64,000 bases of DNA from Scyliorhinus canicula (GCF_902713615.1 NW_024056013.1:746773-810772), one strand, 5' to 3'; positions 24,786-39,170 are shown, numbered from the stretch's first letter. Program-made: numbers and translations. Notes: generated from the letters alone by a model not told the origin.

Positions 24786-26403
24786 GAGATTGGATATAGT
24801 GCAGTGATTACTGATGCAAGGTCTCAACTAGCATAAACCGAAACAGGTTCTAGTGCAGAAATTACTGATACAAAGGTTGATTGCCCTTAAATGATATAGA
24901 GCACTGATTATTGATTCAGGGTCTGGAATATTATAAACTGAGGTAGGGTCTCTTGCAGTCATTCCTGCTGCAGGGTCTGGATTAATATATGTGTAAAGAC
25001 TTATTAGGACAGATGATTAAAAACTTGGTCGACGAGGCAGGTTATATGGGATGATTTTATTAAGGGAATTGAGGTAAAGAGGAGTGGGGAATGAATACCA
25101 GAGCTTAGGGCCGAGACGCATGAAGACATCGCAAAGCAAAACAATTAATTCTGAACATAACATAACGTCTTGATAAATTACAGTTGCAAAACTCCAGAAC
25201 AATATTTTATATGCACAACTGCGTGAACGGCCAATCCCTTTTTGAAGTGAATTCACTTGCTGTTCTTAACCAGATGAGAGTTCTATGATTGTGTGGACAT
25301 TTATCCTGTGGGAGCCATTCTAGTGATTCTGTGAGAGCACTGATCTGCCTCACACTGCCAGTATATTAGGCGTTTAGTGAATATAAAACGAGGCAGAAAA
25401 AAAATCCTCACCATGAAAACCAGTTTCCAATGGATAGAGTGTAATACAAGAGTAAATTCATCATTTTGAACATAACAGAGATTTCCATTAACTTTTGGAA
25501 AGTGCTGTGCAGCGATATTCACATGTAGACCTGTCCCTCAAGTCCAGTACATTACTGGGACGTTGGTAAAATATTAAACTCAATATTACCCACATGATAG
25601 CAGAGCAAATACAAATTTCATAGAACTACTTATAAGCATCAACAAGAATTAATATAATCTCCAAATCAACAATGATTGTACTCGTACAAACAAGCAAATA
25701 TATACAATCATTTAGAATATCGTGACAGGCAACAGGAATATGGTCCGGTGTAATATAAACAGAGACTGACCCTGGTGTGCTATTTTTGGAATAACTGATA
25801 TTTTATATAGAGCCAGTGGAATTCCCTATCACCATTGCCATCGTGTCAGAATAGGACCTAAGACTAGTAAAAGACCAGCCTCTGAAAATTAAATTGACCC
25901 ATGTAAGACTGGACCCATAGTTTGAACTTTAGATTCACCGAGCAATATTTCAGAATGTCAAAATGCAAACCATGATCATTCTCTCTGTGGAATCACTATC
26001 ACCTCCCACAACAGATACCTCCGCACATGATCCAATTGTTCCATCTTTTCGATGGGGGGATATTACAGTCTTCGGGATAGTCTCGCAATATTATTACAAA
26101 ACTGGTAATCTGGAGGCCTGAACTAATACTCCAGACACAGGAGTACAAATTCCACCAGGTCATATTGTAATGTTGTGAACAGTTTTGGTCTCCTTATGTA
26201 AGGAAAGATATTTTGGAGGCAGTCCAGAGAAGGTTCTTTAGGTAAATCCAGAGTGTGGAGGGATTTTCAAAGGTAGGTAGCATTTCACAGCACAGAAGGA
26301 GTCTCCTCGGCCCATCGTTACTCTACCTGTCAGCAAATAAAGAAGAATCCGGCCTTGAAACGCAGACCTTGCGATAAACAGCCAAACACGCTGACCAATT
26401 GCA

Positions 26404-26596
26404 CCACAGAGACTGTGGCAATGATGTGGAAATGCCGGCGTTGGACTGGGGTGAGCACAGTAAGAAGTCTTACAACACCAGGTTAAAGTCCAACAGATTT
26501 GTTTCAAACACTAGCTTTCGGAAGCTAGTGTTTGAAACAAACCTGTTGGACTTTAACCTGGTGTTGTAAGACTTCTTACTGTGACCACAGAGACTG
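26404..26596. mobile_element. Penelope pLTR-derived palindromic mini-insertion with 12-bp target-site duplication
   Basis: 62-bp inverted arms at 26456-26517 and 26522-26583 with one mismatch; CCACAGAGACTG at 26404-26415 and 26585-26596; empty site in copy A (~21834). Confidence 0.85.
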
Positions 26597-28538
26597 AAAT
26601 GGGGAGAGCTTAAGTCGGTTAGTCCTACACGAATTGGAGTTTAGAAGAATGAGAGGCGAAGTTACTGAGATATATAGTATTGTCAGGGGGCTTGACAATG
26701 TAGATGTTCGAGGTTGTTTCCGCTTTTGGGAGAATCTAGCACCATAGGGCACAATCTCAGTGTAAGGTGCCACTCATTTCAGACGAGGATGAAGAGGAAT
26801 TTCTTCTCTCAGAGCGTAGTGCTTCTATAAAATTATTTGCCGTAGAGCGTTCGCCTGGTCAATAAACATGTTCAAGGCTGAGACAGATATTTTTCATCAG
26901 TAAGGGAATCAAGGGTTATGGGAATAAAGTGGAACTGTGGAGTTGAGGATTTTACCAGATTTGCCACCATCTCATTGAATGGCAGATCAGATTCCATGGG
27001 CCGAATGGCCAAGTTCTGCTCCAAATCCTATGGGTTTTTTGCAGCTGTAGAGACTTTCAATTGAATGGCTTAATCAATCAACCAAAAATCGTCGCGTTGT
27101 TTATACTTCCGAAGAAATGGAAATTTTGCGCGAAGCCCAGCAGGTTCACCAGCGTCCTTCAGAAGAAAGCTTCCCTCCTTACTCTCTCTGGCCAATATGT
27201 GTCTCTATTTCAATAATGATGTGGTTGACTATTAACTATCTCTGATATTGCCGAGCAAGCAAGTCAGTTGAAGGGAAGATGCTACAGAAAGTCAAATGTG
27301 AATAAAATCGCTCAAAGTGCACCTCATCAAAAAGATGGTTCACATCCGGCTTCTCAGGATGGATAGTTAATGCTGACTTTGTCACTGATGGCTACATGGC
27401 GAGAATGAATCCAAAACTATGCAAAGTGCTGCAGATTCTGGAAATCTAAAACAAAAACAACAAAAAAGACTGCGGAGCAGGACAGTGGGCATCAACACAG
27501 AGAGAAACAGATTCACATTTCAGATGGATTACCTCACTGATATAATTCTAAAGGGCAGAGCTGCTTTTCCCAGTATGTTGGACCAATGTCCGTTCTTCAT
27601 CTAAAATCACAAATTAGCTGGTCACTTATCACATCTCAGTTTGTGGGAGCTTGCTGTGCGCAAATTCCCTGCTCTGTTTCCAACATTACAGCAGAGACTA
27701 AATTCAGAAAAATACATCAGTGAGTTTTAAGGGCGTTGAGGTGACCTGAGGTCGCGTAAAATGTTTTACAAAAGCAAGCTCTTTCCAAATGTTAACATTT
27801 TTAAAATGCTGGTTGTAATATGTTGAAAGATCTGAGATTGATGTGACTATAGATCACTCCTCTGCTTGATGTTTTAATCTATCTACTTTAAATAGGTTAA
27901 TATTTCAATGAAATTAACGTTCAGTGGAAAAGCAGCTGGTTAAAGATGCTTTATTAATTGAGGCATCAGAGCTTCCAGAATGAATACTTAATTTAAAGTA
28001 TTTTTATTTCAATTAAGTAACATCTGTTCTAATGGAAGTTTCTATTTATTTTAACCAACTGTCAATATTCTTAAAATAACTCGCTATTTTGAGTTAAAAC
28101 TAATCAATAAGTGACTGTGTTTGTCTAATTTTGCTGACATGAACACTTCATTGTGACCAGTGAGGTGTTTATGTAAATAAACACAGAAATAGAAGATCTA
28201 GATTAGATTGCGGACTGAGAAAAGCAAAACAAATGTTTCCCCACCAACACCGCACAGAAATAGAGCAAATGATGCAAATAGATCAACGGATTCCAGTAGT
28301 GTTTGTTTTGCGACATTTTTTTATTCATCAGTTATATTAGAAAAATGTCACGATGATATCCATGTTCATAATTAGGAAATATTCCCTTTAATCTCTAAAT
28401 ATAAGGGCATGCCAAGTGTGTTAGTAGAAATGTCCTGTATCCTATCTCTCTTTGTGTCTTTCTCATAACTGGTTCTATCTCATGTCTCTCCACGATGGGT
28501 CATTGTCTTTAATCGACATGTGGCCAACACTAATAATT

Positions 28539-28670
28539 TTACTGTGAAAAGCCCCGAGTCGCCACATTCCGGCGCCTGTTCAGGTGAGCTGGAACGGGAA
28601 TTGAACCCGGGCTGCTGGGCATGTTCTGCATCACAAACCAGCTGTCTAGCCCACTGAGCTAAACCAGCCC
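28539..28670 (-). mobile_element. SINE family A; copy B only
   Basis: Same core; absent at ~23965 in copy A. Confidence 0.8.
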
Positions 28671-30574
28671 TCTCAGCCCGAACTCACCCCGTTGGCTTCC
28701 AACTAAATGCATTGAATCCAATGTATTGGAATCCGTCGAGGGAGTTTTCAGCTAAAATAAGGTTGGAGCATTCAATGATCTTGGAGTGTTTAATGAGAAC
28801 TGTAGAGACAAGTTTCCTCTATATCTGATCTGGGCTGCACATAGTGGTTGAGGATTTGATGTGGCAGGGTCGAAGAATCTTTCCTTGCACTTAATCCAGC
28901 TGCCGAGGCCTTGGAGCATTTGACTGAAGAGTGTAGAGCAAGTTTACTTGCATGTTACCTGCACTGAACCTGCCCTGTGAGTGTTTGATATGACTGTGCA
29001 CAGGGATATTTACTACGTATCTGAACTGTGCTGCACCTGACCTGGGTGGGTTTGATGGGAAAATGCAGAGGTTTCTTTACCCAGTAACTAACCCCACTGT
29101 CAACCTGTCTTGGGGATCTCTGAAGGAAGAGTGCAGAAGAGGTTTTGCCTGGTATAGAACTCTTGGTTTCTAGGCCTTTAATGTGTTTGAGCGAGAGGGA
29201 ATTTAATTCTATATCTAAACAATCTGCAGCTGCTCTGAGAATGTTTGATGGGGACAGTGTAAGGGAGTTTCTCTATGTCTCCAACCTGTGATGCACCTGG
29301 GCTGCGAGTGTTTGAAGGGACAGTCGTCGCTGGCTCTGTATTGCACTAGGCCGTGAGCCCGTCTCTGTTTATATTATACTACCTTGTACCTGTGTCAGTT
29401 TATATTAAATAAGGACCTATTTCTCTTTGTTCATATTAAACTAGGCCACCAATTAGAGGACATGTCTTGATCAATAAGGCGTTCAGGAGTTATTGGGAGA
29501 AGGGAGGAGAATGGGAATTGGGAACATATTGGCAATGATTGAATGGGGGAGCAATCGCGATGAGTAAAATGGCCTAATTCCGCTCCTGCATCTTTTGGAC
29601 TTAGGGACCCTGTTTGTCTCTCTTTACATTAACCTACAACCTGACTCTGTTTCTATTAATTTAAACCTGTCTCTGTTTGTATTACATTAGATACAGCCTC
29701 ACTTCTGCACTGGGCATGTCTCTTCATATTTCATTGGACCCAGCCTCGGTAATTGCTGCGGTAGACCATGTACAATGTTTTGGAAAATGGCTGAAGTGGA
29801 AATTGTGAAGATTAAAAAAACTGAGGGAACAGTGACAGTCTAAAATTCATTAGCGAGCAATGCTGATCTGTGCCCCGATAAACGTCATAATCTGTCTTGT
29901 CACCACCCTAGATGTGTGGAGATCCAAGCGCAGACCTCCCTGATCTTCTTGCAGCCCCTTCAACTTGTACAACTGAACTACTATTGCCTGCGCCTAGTGC
30001 AATAAACTAAGGGAATGCACTAGTTGTAATTGCGTCACATAAACATAGGACAATTAGATAAATAACTGAGACAGAACCTAATGTTACAGCAACATTCATT
30101 CTCTTCACAGCAGGCACGCAGTAGCTGCATTGTGTAACATCGCCGGGATGCACTGCAGAAACTCGCCAAGATTTCTTCAACAGCATCTTCCATACCCGAG
30201 ACCTCCGAGAATCACAAGGGCAACAAGCACATGGGAACACAATACTCTGCATCCTCCTACTCATACAGCTCTCTGGGGTAGGAATTGGTCTTGGGCACTG
30301 GCAATGAAGAAGTGCCAACTGAAATCTAATTCTGTTGACTGCACTGAAAATGAATATCAAATGTTGCATAGCATACACTGTATACACTACACGCCCCGTT
30401 TCAGGCTGTTGCCATATACTGATTTCTTGTTCAAAATATCTATTTATTATATTATCTTTCCATCTCAAAGACATGTGGAATAATGCGCCCACAATTCAAA
30501 ACAGAGGCATCATCCGGTGCATTAATAAAAGGGAGCAGGTCTCGAAAAACAATAGGCAGATTCAAGATCAAATA

Positions 30575-30875
30575 TAGAATCCCTACAGGGCAGAACGTCA
30601 CTCGGCCCATAGCATCTGCCCCGACCTTTAAAAGAACACCTTCCCCAATCTCCTGCCCTTGTAACATGACCTGCGCATCCCTGGACACTAAGGGGCAATT
30701 TAGAATGGCCAATAAACCTAACCTACATATTTTTGGATTATGGGAGGAAACAGGAGCATCCGGAGGAAAGCCACTCAGACACAGGGAGAAAGTGCAAACT
30801 CCACACGGATCGTCAAGAATTGAATCCTGGAGCTATGAGGCAGAAGTGCTAACCACTATGCCTCCGTGCCGCCGA
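30575..30875 (-). mobile_element. HE1-like SINE
   Basis: GGGGCAATTTAGAATGGCCAAT..GGGAGGAAACAGGAGCA..GTGCTAACCACTATGCC. Confidence 0.75.
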
Positions 30876-31379
30876 TAACATAATAAAAAACTGGGTTTAG
30901 TGCAATATAAACTGAGCTCTGGTCTAGCGGAGTGTCGATTGATACAAATTGAGACATGATCAATGCAGCAATAAGAGGGATATCGTACAACACAAGAATA
31001 ACAGGCGCATGGATTAGTGTTATATAAACAGGGACATGGACAGGTGTAGAATTAACTAAAGCAGCATTGAGTTTATTAGAATCTAACTATCTTGTCGAGT
31101 AATAACTGAGACCGAACCACGTGATGCAAACAGAATGTTGTTCCAGTTTACGATGCACAGATAAACGTTCTGATGCTGTCACCATTGTGACGTGTTTCGT
31201 GCCAGACTAACCGAGACATAATTCAGTGCAGTTATTATTAATGATTTGTAATATAAACAGGGCGTGGGCCTGTATATTAACACCTGATATTCAGCCGAGT
31301 GCAGGGAAACTGAGACAGGACCTGCTGCAATGTGATAGAGACATGGCCGAGTGTAATGTAAACAGAGGCGGGGATTAGG

Positions 31380-32720
31380 TGAATGTAAGCTGACAGATAT
31401 TTTAAAAATGATTTAATGGCATCTTGGTGTCACCAGTAACGTCAGCATTTGATGCCAATTCCTAATTGCCCTCGAGAATGTGGTGTTGAACCCGCTTATT
31501 GAACCATTGCATTCCATGCTGAGCAAGTCCACTCACAGAGGTGACAGGAAGGGAGTTCCAGGATTTTGACCAGTGACAGTGAAGGAACAGAGATATAGTT
31601 CCCATCTTCTGCACTGTAAATTCTATGAAATCTATGAAGATGGTGTGTGGCTTGTCGGGGAACTTGCAGGTCCTGCTGTTACAATGCGTCTTTCGGGTCT
31701 GGTCCTTTTAATTGTCAGAGTTCGTGGGTTTGGAAGGTGGTATAGAAGGAGGCAATTGCTGCAGTACATCCATGTATATCGCTCACGCTGCTTGAATTGT
31801 CCATACGTACTGCAGGGAGTGAATGTTTCAGCTGGTGGATGGGGTGTTCCTCGAGTCGGCCGCTTTGTCCTGAATGGAGTTGAGATTCTCGAGTGTTGCT
31901 TGAGTTGGCACTTCAGAAAAAAGGAGAATATTCAGTTAAACTCCTGACTTCTGCCTTCTAGATGATGAGTAGGGGTTGGGAAGTCAGGAGATGAGAAACT
32001 CACCACAAAATTTACAGCCACTGACCTGCTCTTGTAGCCACATTATTTAAATGGTTCTTCCAGTTCAGTTTTTCATCAATGCTAATGATGGTGGGGATTC
32101 AATCAAGGTAGTGTCATTTAAAACCAAGGGGAGATGGTTAGCATCTCTATTTTTGGGGTGGTCATTGCCTGACACTTGTCAGCCCAAGCCTGAATGTTGT
32201 CCAAGTCTTACTGTATATGAAGACAGACTGCTTCAGTATTTGAGGAATCGAATATGGTGCACAACATTGTGTAATCATGAGCGAACATCCCCAATTCTGA
32301 CCTTATGATGAAGGGTGAAGCTAGGGACGGGGACACAATGCTGGGACACTATATGTAACAGGATGCTCCTTGACACTTTTCATGAAGTTGCTGATGATCG
32401 AATGCGGACCGATGGGCCAATAATTGGCCGGGTTGGATTTTTCCTGCCTTTTGTGGACGGGTCATGTTTGGCAATGTTACACATTGTTGGGTACATGTCA
32501 GTGCTATACCTGCACTGGAGCAACTTGTCGGGGGCGCAGCCAGTTCCAGGCCACACATCTTCAGTATTGCTGCTAGAATGTTGCCAGGGATAATGCATTA
32601 GCAGCGCCGTCAGCCGTTTCTTGATATCGTGTGGAGTGAATCAAATTTGCTGAAGACTGACATCCATGATGATGCAGACCACCGGAGGAGGCCGAGATGG
32701 ATCATCCTCGGCACCTCTGG
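31380..32720 (-). mobile_element. Degenerate L2/CR1-like LINE
   Basis: Reverse-complement similarity to 46200-47430; RT-like residues in the ORFs at 32349-32598. Confidence 0.6.
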
Positions 32721-33609
32721 CAGAAACTTTCAGTCTTGTTTTTTGCACTGACGTGCTGGGCTCCCCCATCATTGAAGTGGGGAATTTTATTGAGGCTCCT
32801 ATTCCGGCCTTTTGTTTATTTAGTCATTACTATTCAGGACTGGATATGGCAAAACTGCAGAGACAGATCCTGCATATTGAAAATAGGAACACATTGATTG
32901 TGTGATATAAACATTGACAAGTACTGGCGCAGTATTAATTGAAACAGAGTGTCGTGTATAAAAACAAAGACAGTGTCTAGCCTAACAAAAATACAGATGG
33001 TGTCCAATTTAAAATTAGCAGAGGCAGCAGTAATTATTGAGGCAATGTCTGCTTCATGTAATGCAAGACATCTCGATTTAAATTCCATCTGCTGGCCAAA
33101 CTTTGCAATTGCAGTGACTGTGAAAATGTCGCTGTCGGGTATAATCCATGATGTTGATGCATCCATAATCCATTTGCACAAATGTAATATCACACCGCCT
33201 CCTACGGGAGGTGCCAAATTTTAAGGTGTAACTAATTGCAGGTGTCGGTGGCTGATTCTCCCACATTGAGCTCAGCACAAGAGCAAAGTGGCTCAATTCC
33301 TGGTCACGCGTTTTTGTTCATCTTTGTTAAATAGAGGAATGCTTACCTGGAGGTTGTGTGGAGTCCATGGGAAATGTAACATTCATCTAACAAACATAGT
33401 GTTGGGGAGAAATTATTGATTCATTATGCCACCTGCAAAATGGTTGGGGCCATTGTGTCCGAAGCTTCAGGAAGGTCACATGGGATTTTAGTTTTAAAGG
33501 GGAAATATGGATGTGCGTGTAAGACAGAGAGAATGCGTGTGTGAGAGACTCTGTGTGTGTGTGTCTGTGTTTATGTGAAGCACATGTTGCGTACAATTAA
33601 ATTTCACAA

Positions 33610-34990
33610 AGGCCACGGCATCCTTCTATTTCCAATAGATACACAGCAAATATTTCCACAAATGTAGCACATGAAGCTCCCAATTGTCGTTCTGGGTTGT
33701 CATTTTCTCGGTTTGTGTCCATTTCAAAGCTGCTAAATCCACTGGTTCTGGTGGCTCACACCAGCCCACCGAAGGTGTCGCCATTGTTTTCAGTTTGCAG
33801 ATGGTGACACCCAATTGTGATGATCAATGTTTAGGTTTCGGGACATTATATCACACTTGGAAGAATCCTTGAAGTGGAATATCGGCCTACCACTGGGTGC
33901 GTGGCTCCGGCTACTTCGCAAAGTGGAAATTCCTTGGTCGTGTGACTATGTCCCATTTAGGGACCAGACTGGAAATGTGCAAACCACCTATTTTTAATTG
34001 TCTTGAAGAGAATTGCAAGCTCTGTCTTTGAGAAAACTGCCGCATTTCTGATTGTGTCCAGCCAGTAAATATCCATAATGCATTGCAGACAACAAAGATG
34101 ACATTGGCTGAGTTATTTTTCTTCACAGGTGCAGGTGTTCCTTGTTTCACAGACATACAAGAAGTTTCTGGGCGTTCAGGCCTTATAAACCACCTGCTTG
34201 TTCCAAAGGGTCAGCTTGATGTTATTCCATGAACATTCAATGAGTAAAGCAAAGGTCGTATCTGCTTTCTCAATGACAGCATCACATTCTACATCCAGGC
34301 AGTCTCTCACAGTGGAAACTCGACAGCAGAATCTGCGCACCGGCTCTTATTTAGTGTGACCATGGCGAGAGTGCAACACCTTGTCCCACTCCCACAGTTT
34401 CCTCATGCGTATGGGAAGGAAGAACACGATACAAGGCACCGAGGACAGAGTCCATGAGTCTCTGTCGGTGATGGTTTGTGTGGATTATCCAACTTTCAGC
34501 ATAGAGGAATTCTCTGATGAGGATGTATTGTGATTATGTCTCCGTTTTCATGACTGAAAGGTTGCCGAGGTTGCAGCCTTACCGACTGTGCAAGTGGAGT
34601 CATCCATATCTTCAGGGAATGCGAAGATCAGCAGCATGGAGAGGAAGCTGCTGAATAGAGTTGGGTCAATGACACGGTCCTCTTTCGCTCAATTATTCAC
34701 TTAGAATCATTCGGAAGTGGAATCATCAATCTGCACAGCGCAATGCATTTTGCGATGGAAGGAGTGAATGCGACAGGGGAGCTTCAGCAGTCAGCCAATT
34801 TTCCCCAAATCATATAGTCCCTACTCCGCTGACAGTGTGAAATTTGTATTGAGATTGACGAACGTAAGGCGAAGAGGTAGGCATGTGGCAGAGGGAGCAG
34901 ATCTTGTCCAGAGTAAATATTGCGACGCAAACACAGCCCCTTTCTTCCAGCAACATTCGACCTGCAAGCAAATGAAGTATTTAAAGTGTG
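33610..34990 (-). mobile_element. Degenerate RTE-clade LINE RT fragment
   Basis: Minus strand gives LIREFLYA.. (cf. IRELLYADD) and PTLFSSFLSMLL, typical of RTE ORF2, with many stops. Confidence 0.6.
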
Positions 34991-35264
34991 ACCATTGGAA
35001 AGGCCTTCCCAGTGCTGCTATGAGTGAGATATGTCAATAGTTGCTGCAGTCTCCTCTGTCCACTTTATTTTCAGATATTGGTTATGATTTTGCATCACGA
35101 ACCTCCTCCGGGATGGGTTATGTCTTCCAGCAGAGATGTCATAGGTCATAAATGATCAGAAACATAGCAATTATATTCACTAATTTTCATTAATTTAGGA
35201 ATATAAATAATCAGATTCACAAATTGCCACCGTTCCACAAAGTACAGTTTTAAATTAAGTTATC

Positions 35265-35860
35265 CGGTGCCGGTGTCGAGGGCTAGGCCATGATTTATTG
35301 TCCATCGCTAATTGCCTTTCACAAAGAGGCGGTGAACTGCCTGTTTGAACCTCTACAGTCATTCTAGTGCAGGTACACTGACGATGCTGTTAGGGAGGCA
35401 GTTGTAGGTTTTTGCACCAGTGACAGCAAAGATTCGGTGATATATCGAATGGTCGAATATATCGATCGGTCGATGGTGGATGGAATGAGTGTTAGCGCAT
35501 CGGGTGACAATCATGCAGGGCTGCTTTGGCCTGGATGGTGTCGAGCGTTTTGAATTTTGTTGGAGCTGCACGCAGCCAGGCCACTGGAGAGTATTCAATT
35601 ACAGTCCTGACTTGTGCCTTGCAGATGGTGAACAGGCTTTGGGAGTCAGGAGGTGAGTTGCTCGCCACAGGCGTCCAAGACGTTGATCGGATCTTGTAGC
35701 CTCAGCATTTAAATGGCCAGTCCAGGACAGTTTCTGGTCAATGGTAACCCCAGTGTATTGATAATGGGGGATTAAGCAATGGCAATATCAGTCAATATCA
35801 AGTGGCGATGGTTCAATTCTATTTTCCTGGAGTTGGTCATTGTTTAGCAATTCCATGGCG
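35265..35860 (-). mobile_element. L2/CR1-like LINE 3' fragment
   Basis: GGAGAGTATTCAATTACAGTCCTGACTTGTGCCTTGCAGATGGTGAACAGGCTTTGGGAGTCAGG is shared with the other copies. Confidence 0.65.
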
Positions 35861-38800
35861 AATATTACCAATTGTCACAACGCACAAAGTTAAATAATGA
35901 TATTAATCAATTAACATCAACTCACAACATTAAAAAGTTACATTCACCAATTATGATCCGCACTTTCTTTCACAAAATGCAAATGCAATTCATTTAAGGG
36001 AGGTGGATTTGAGACCAGGAAGAGATCAGCCATGATGATTGAATGACGGAGTGGGCTCGAAGGTCTGAATTGCCTATTCCCCCTCCTAATTTCTATATTC
36101 GTATGTTTAACATAATTTATTGAGATTAAATTTAATTGAGTTAGCATTGACCATTCTGCCACCAAGAAGTCACATCTGCACCGGAATTCAATGTGAAATG
36201 GAATTAAATCAGACCGAGGATTATGTGCAGCTACCCAGCAGCCTCTGCGCTGTATTGGTCAGTAATCACCTCATCGTCACACAGAATCTGCAGACTGGGG
36301 TATGAGATGCTTTTTAAAGTGTCGGTAGAAATGAAAATACCTGTACCGAATGTAACGTTAATGAATCTTTACTTCCCAATTTGTTATTACACTGTTTTGG
36401 AAAGTAATTCAACGTCTGCAGCTGTCCACAGAGTTTCACAGGATTTCTGTTCCAGGTCTGGTGTCTCCATTGATTTGGGCGAGGATATCTTGAATGACTT
36501 ATTGCACATGAAATGACATGTTCCAAAAAATACAGCTGTCCCTTCTCAATGTAATCATGTTCCCACTTTCTGTGTTTGAGATGAAGATTCACCATCAGCA
36601 GAGAAGAATCACCAGAACCGTAGGAATATCTCCAGTTTCCTCTCAGTGACGTCCATTTCGTCAGTTCCCGATAGTCAGGGGATGGAATTCACCCAGAACA
36701 GCTTCAGCCACCGAATGTATTAGACTGACACATATTATAACGGACCTGCTTTAATTTGTGAAACCATCAAGTGCAGAATTGAGAATGTAGAACAGTACCC
36801 TTCAGGACCATCTAGCCATCCATCCATCAATCCCATTCACTAATTCCACAATCAAAATATTCACGCATCAAACCAACATCCATCACTACATCAAAGCAGT
36901 AACCCATTATCTTTTGGGTGAATAGTGGGGGTGTATTAATGTCATTGAACCAATAATCCAAAGGCCTGGGCTAATTCTGTGGGGATTTGGGTACACATCC
37001 TCCCGTAGTCTGTGGGGGGATTTGAGTTCAATTAATAAATCGAAAAAACATACTACTGGTCACCACGAACTCCCCTCTGCTTGGCCAATGAAATAAATCT
37101 GACATCCTTCCCTGGTCTCACCTACATTTGGCTCCAATCGGATGGCAACATGTCTGACTTCTGAGCTGGCCCAGCTCAAGAGCAATTAGGGATAGGGGAT
37201 ACCCGGTGGTCTTGACAGTGAGTCCCAAATTCCACGGAAGAATAAAAGGAAAAACACATAAATCTACATGTTTATCTATTACAAAATGTACCCTCTGTCT
37301 GATACTCTGTCTGATAGTCTGCTTGCATGTCTACCCATCATCACAATGTTATTAGATGTGGGATAGATCCTCCAGCGGGATATTGCTGCGAAGAGGGGAC
37401 AGAGAAGCTGGATAACTCTCCTTTCCTTAGAGATTGGAGCAGTTCAAATAGGTTCACAATTTAAAACATAAAATGATCTCCAGTGCTGTTGCTGGGTAGA
37501 TTTGTTTATAAATAGTCCTCATTGACAATGTTAAGAGTTTGAAGTTGGCTTGCAGCCAAGCGGTCAGTACTGAGCAAACAGATCTCTGAAAAACAAATCC
37601 AGATGCTTCCTGTAAACAACATTGAATTCGAGCCTCCCTGACTGCAGGCGGCTGGATTGCTGCCAAATACTGTGTGGGGCAGATTAGCCTGAATATGAAT
37701 GGACACAATGGGATTTATCCATTCAAACAATAAATGTTTCAGTCGCACATGAAGTAAACGTTTTAAATGGTGTTCCAGGCAAATAAATATATTCACTGAA
37801 TGTTTTGTTCCCTATGAGATTAAACACAATCTGAAAATAGTAACCTGACCAGATGCTATTTAATTTATATTAGTTCTGAGTAAAGGTCACTCTAGTTATT
37901 AAAGTCCGTTTGTTAAAAACCTAATGAAGTGGGAGTGAGTGGTGTTGGTGGACCCAATCCACAAGTTCAATAAGATGACTCCAATTACAAAAAATAAAAT
38001 AAAATGAATTAAAAGTTTTAAAATACTGCATTGAATTCGCGGGGAATCCTGGAATATTCTCCGAGTTGTTGATCTCCTTTAAACCGAGTCGTCTCTTATA
38101 TCCGATTAGCACCGTGTTCTGTACAGTTTAATTTGTCTGGATTTCCATTATTTAACAGTCCCTCTCATTGCTGCCAATGAGTGGAGAAATGACCAGTTAA
38201 TGACCTGCTTCAGTGGAAGATAACACATTTATTCCTGTGATATTGTGCAATATGCCGCAAAGTCCTGATATCCTGTGTTCCCAACACCAGTGAATGTTAG
38301 ACAGCCGCTGGTCAATAAAATTAGCGGCAATGGTTTGGATGCTGAAGGATAACTTTGCTGATCGCCGCGTCCGTTCTGATTCATTAACTTCTCTGTCAAA
38401 AGCTGGTGTGAATTTTATGTTTCGCTGTCAACTCATTGCTGAATTATCAGGCAAGCGGCTTCTTTTACCGCTAATGTTCACAGGACTGTCTGAGGCTCAG
38501 GGGTAGTTCCAGAAATGTAAAGAGAGACATTGTGCAATGTTAGAGTTTCTTCTTGTCGACAGGCCCACATTGAACAATGATAGCCATCCGCACTGCTAAT
38601 GTAATCACGTCATTCATTCCCTCATTTAGTTACATTTCGTCAGATAAATTATACTTTATTGTTGTAATGGGATAGAAACCGAGAGTGTTGCAAATCAGAC
38701 AGACAGACGATTTATTCCCTGATAATGTATTTTAATCTGTTTATGTTCATCCTTTTATATTGGAGTGCAGAAATAATGAGACTTAATATATAATGAAATT

Positions 38801-39023
38801 AGATTTTACTTAGAGATGCTCAAATATAATTCTCCATTCGGGTGAGGAGAGACATTACAATTAATCCATTTCTCCAAACAAATATACCGATACCGATCTA
38901 ATGTTTGTTTTAAATAATAATCTATAGTAAATCTATGACTCCATTCTATTGGGGGTGTGGAAGGTAGGACGTGGATCAAGTCGCCGCCTCCACCAGAGAA
39001 TCAACAGGCGGCGCCTTCTGCCG

Positions 39024-39035
39024 GGTATTTAAATG
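39024..39035 (+). promoter_or_regulatory. TATA-like element of the VH promoter
   Basis: GTATTTAAATG ~80-90 bp upstream of the leader ATG; no ATGCAAAT octamer nearby. Confidence 0.5.
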
Positions 39036-39112
39036 CCGCTCAATGGGACCCGAATCCAACAGTCCGGGAGCTGGTTTGTTCACTGAGTTCCTGACACAAC
39101 CATTTCCCCCAA

Positions 39113-39170
39113 ATGACCAGAAGGATGAGGTGGGCCATTTCTCTCAGTTTGTTGCTGACTTTCTTATCCC
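39113..39170 (+). CDS. IGHV: IgH V leader exon ((MTRR)MRWAISLSLLLTFLS)
   Basis: In-frame ATGs at 39113 and 39125, hydrophobic core, GTGAGT donor at 39171, phase 1. Confidence 0.93.

Larger units (their letters stand above)
24200..28890. repeat. Tandem segmental duplication, copy B
   Basis: Collinear with copy A, e.g. AATAAGGGAATTGAGGTAA, GATCAACGGATTCCAGTA and CTCTCCACGATGGGTCATTG occur in both. Confidence 0.85.

Noticed and set aside
35977-35984. Octamer ATGCAAAT (another at ~28272)
   Set aside because: About 3.1 kb from the VH leader and adjacent to LINE debris; an 8-mer is expected by chance at this scale.
36585-36650. RFTISREES..YLQ resembling VH FR3
   Set aside because: No flanking Cys/Trp framework, in-frame stops, and no RSS.
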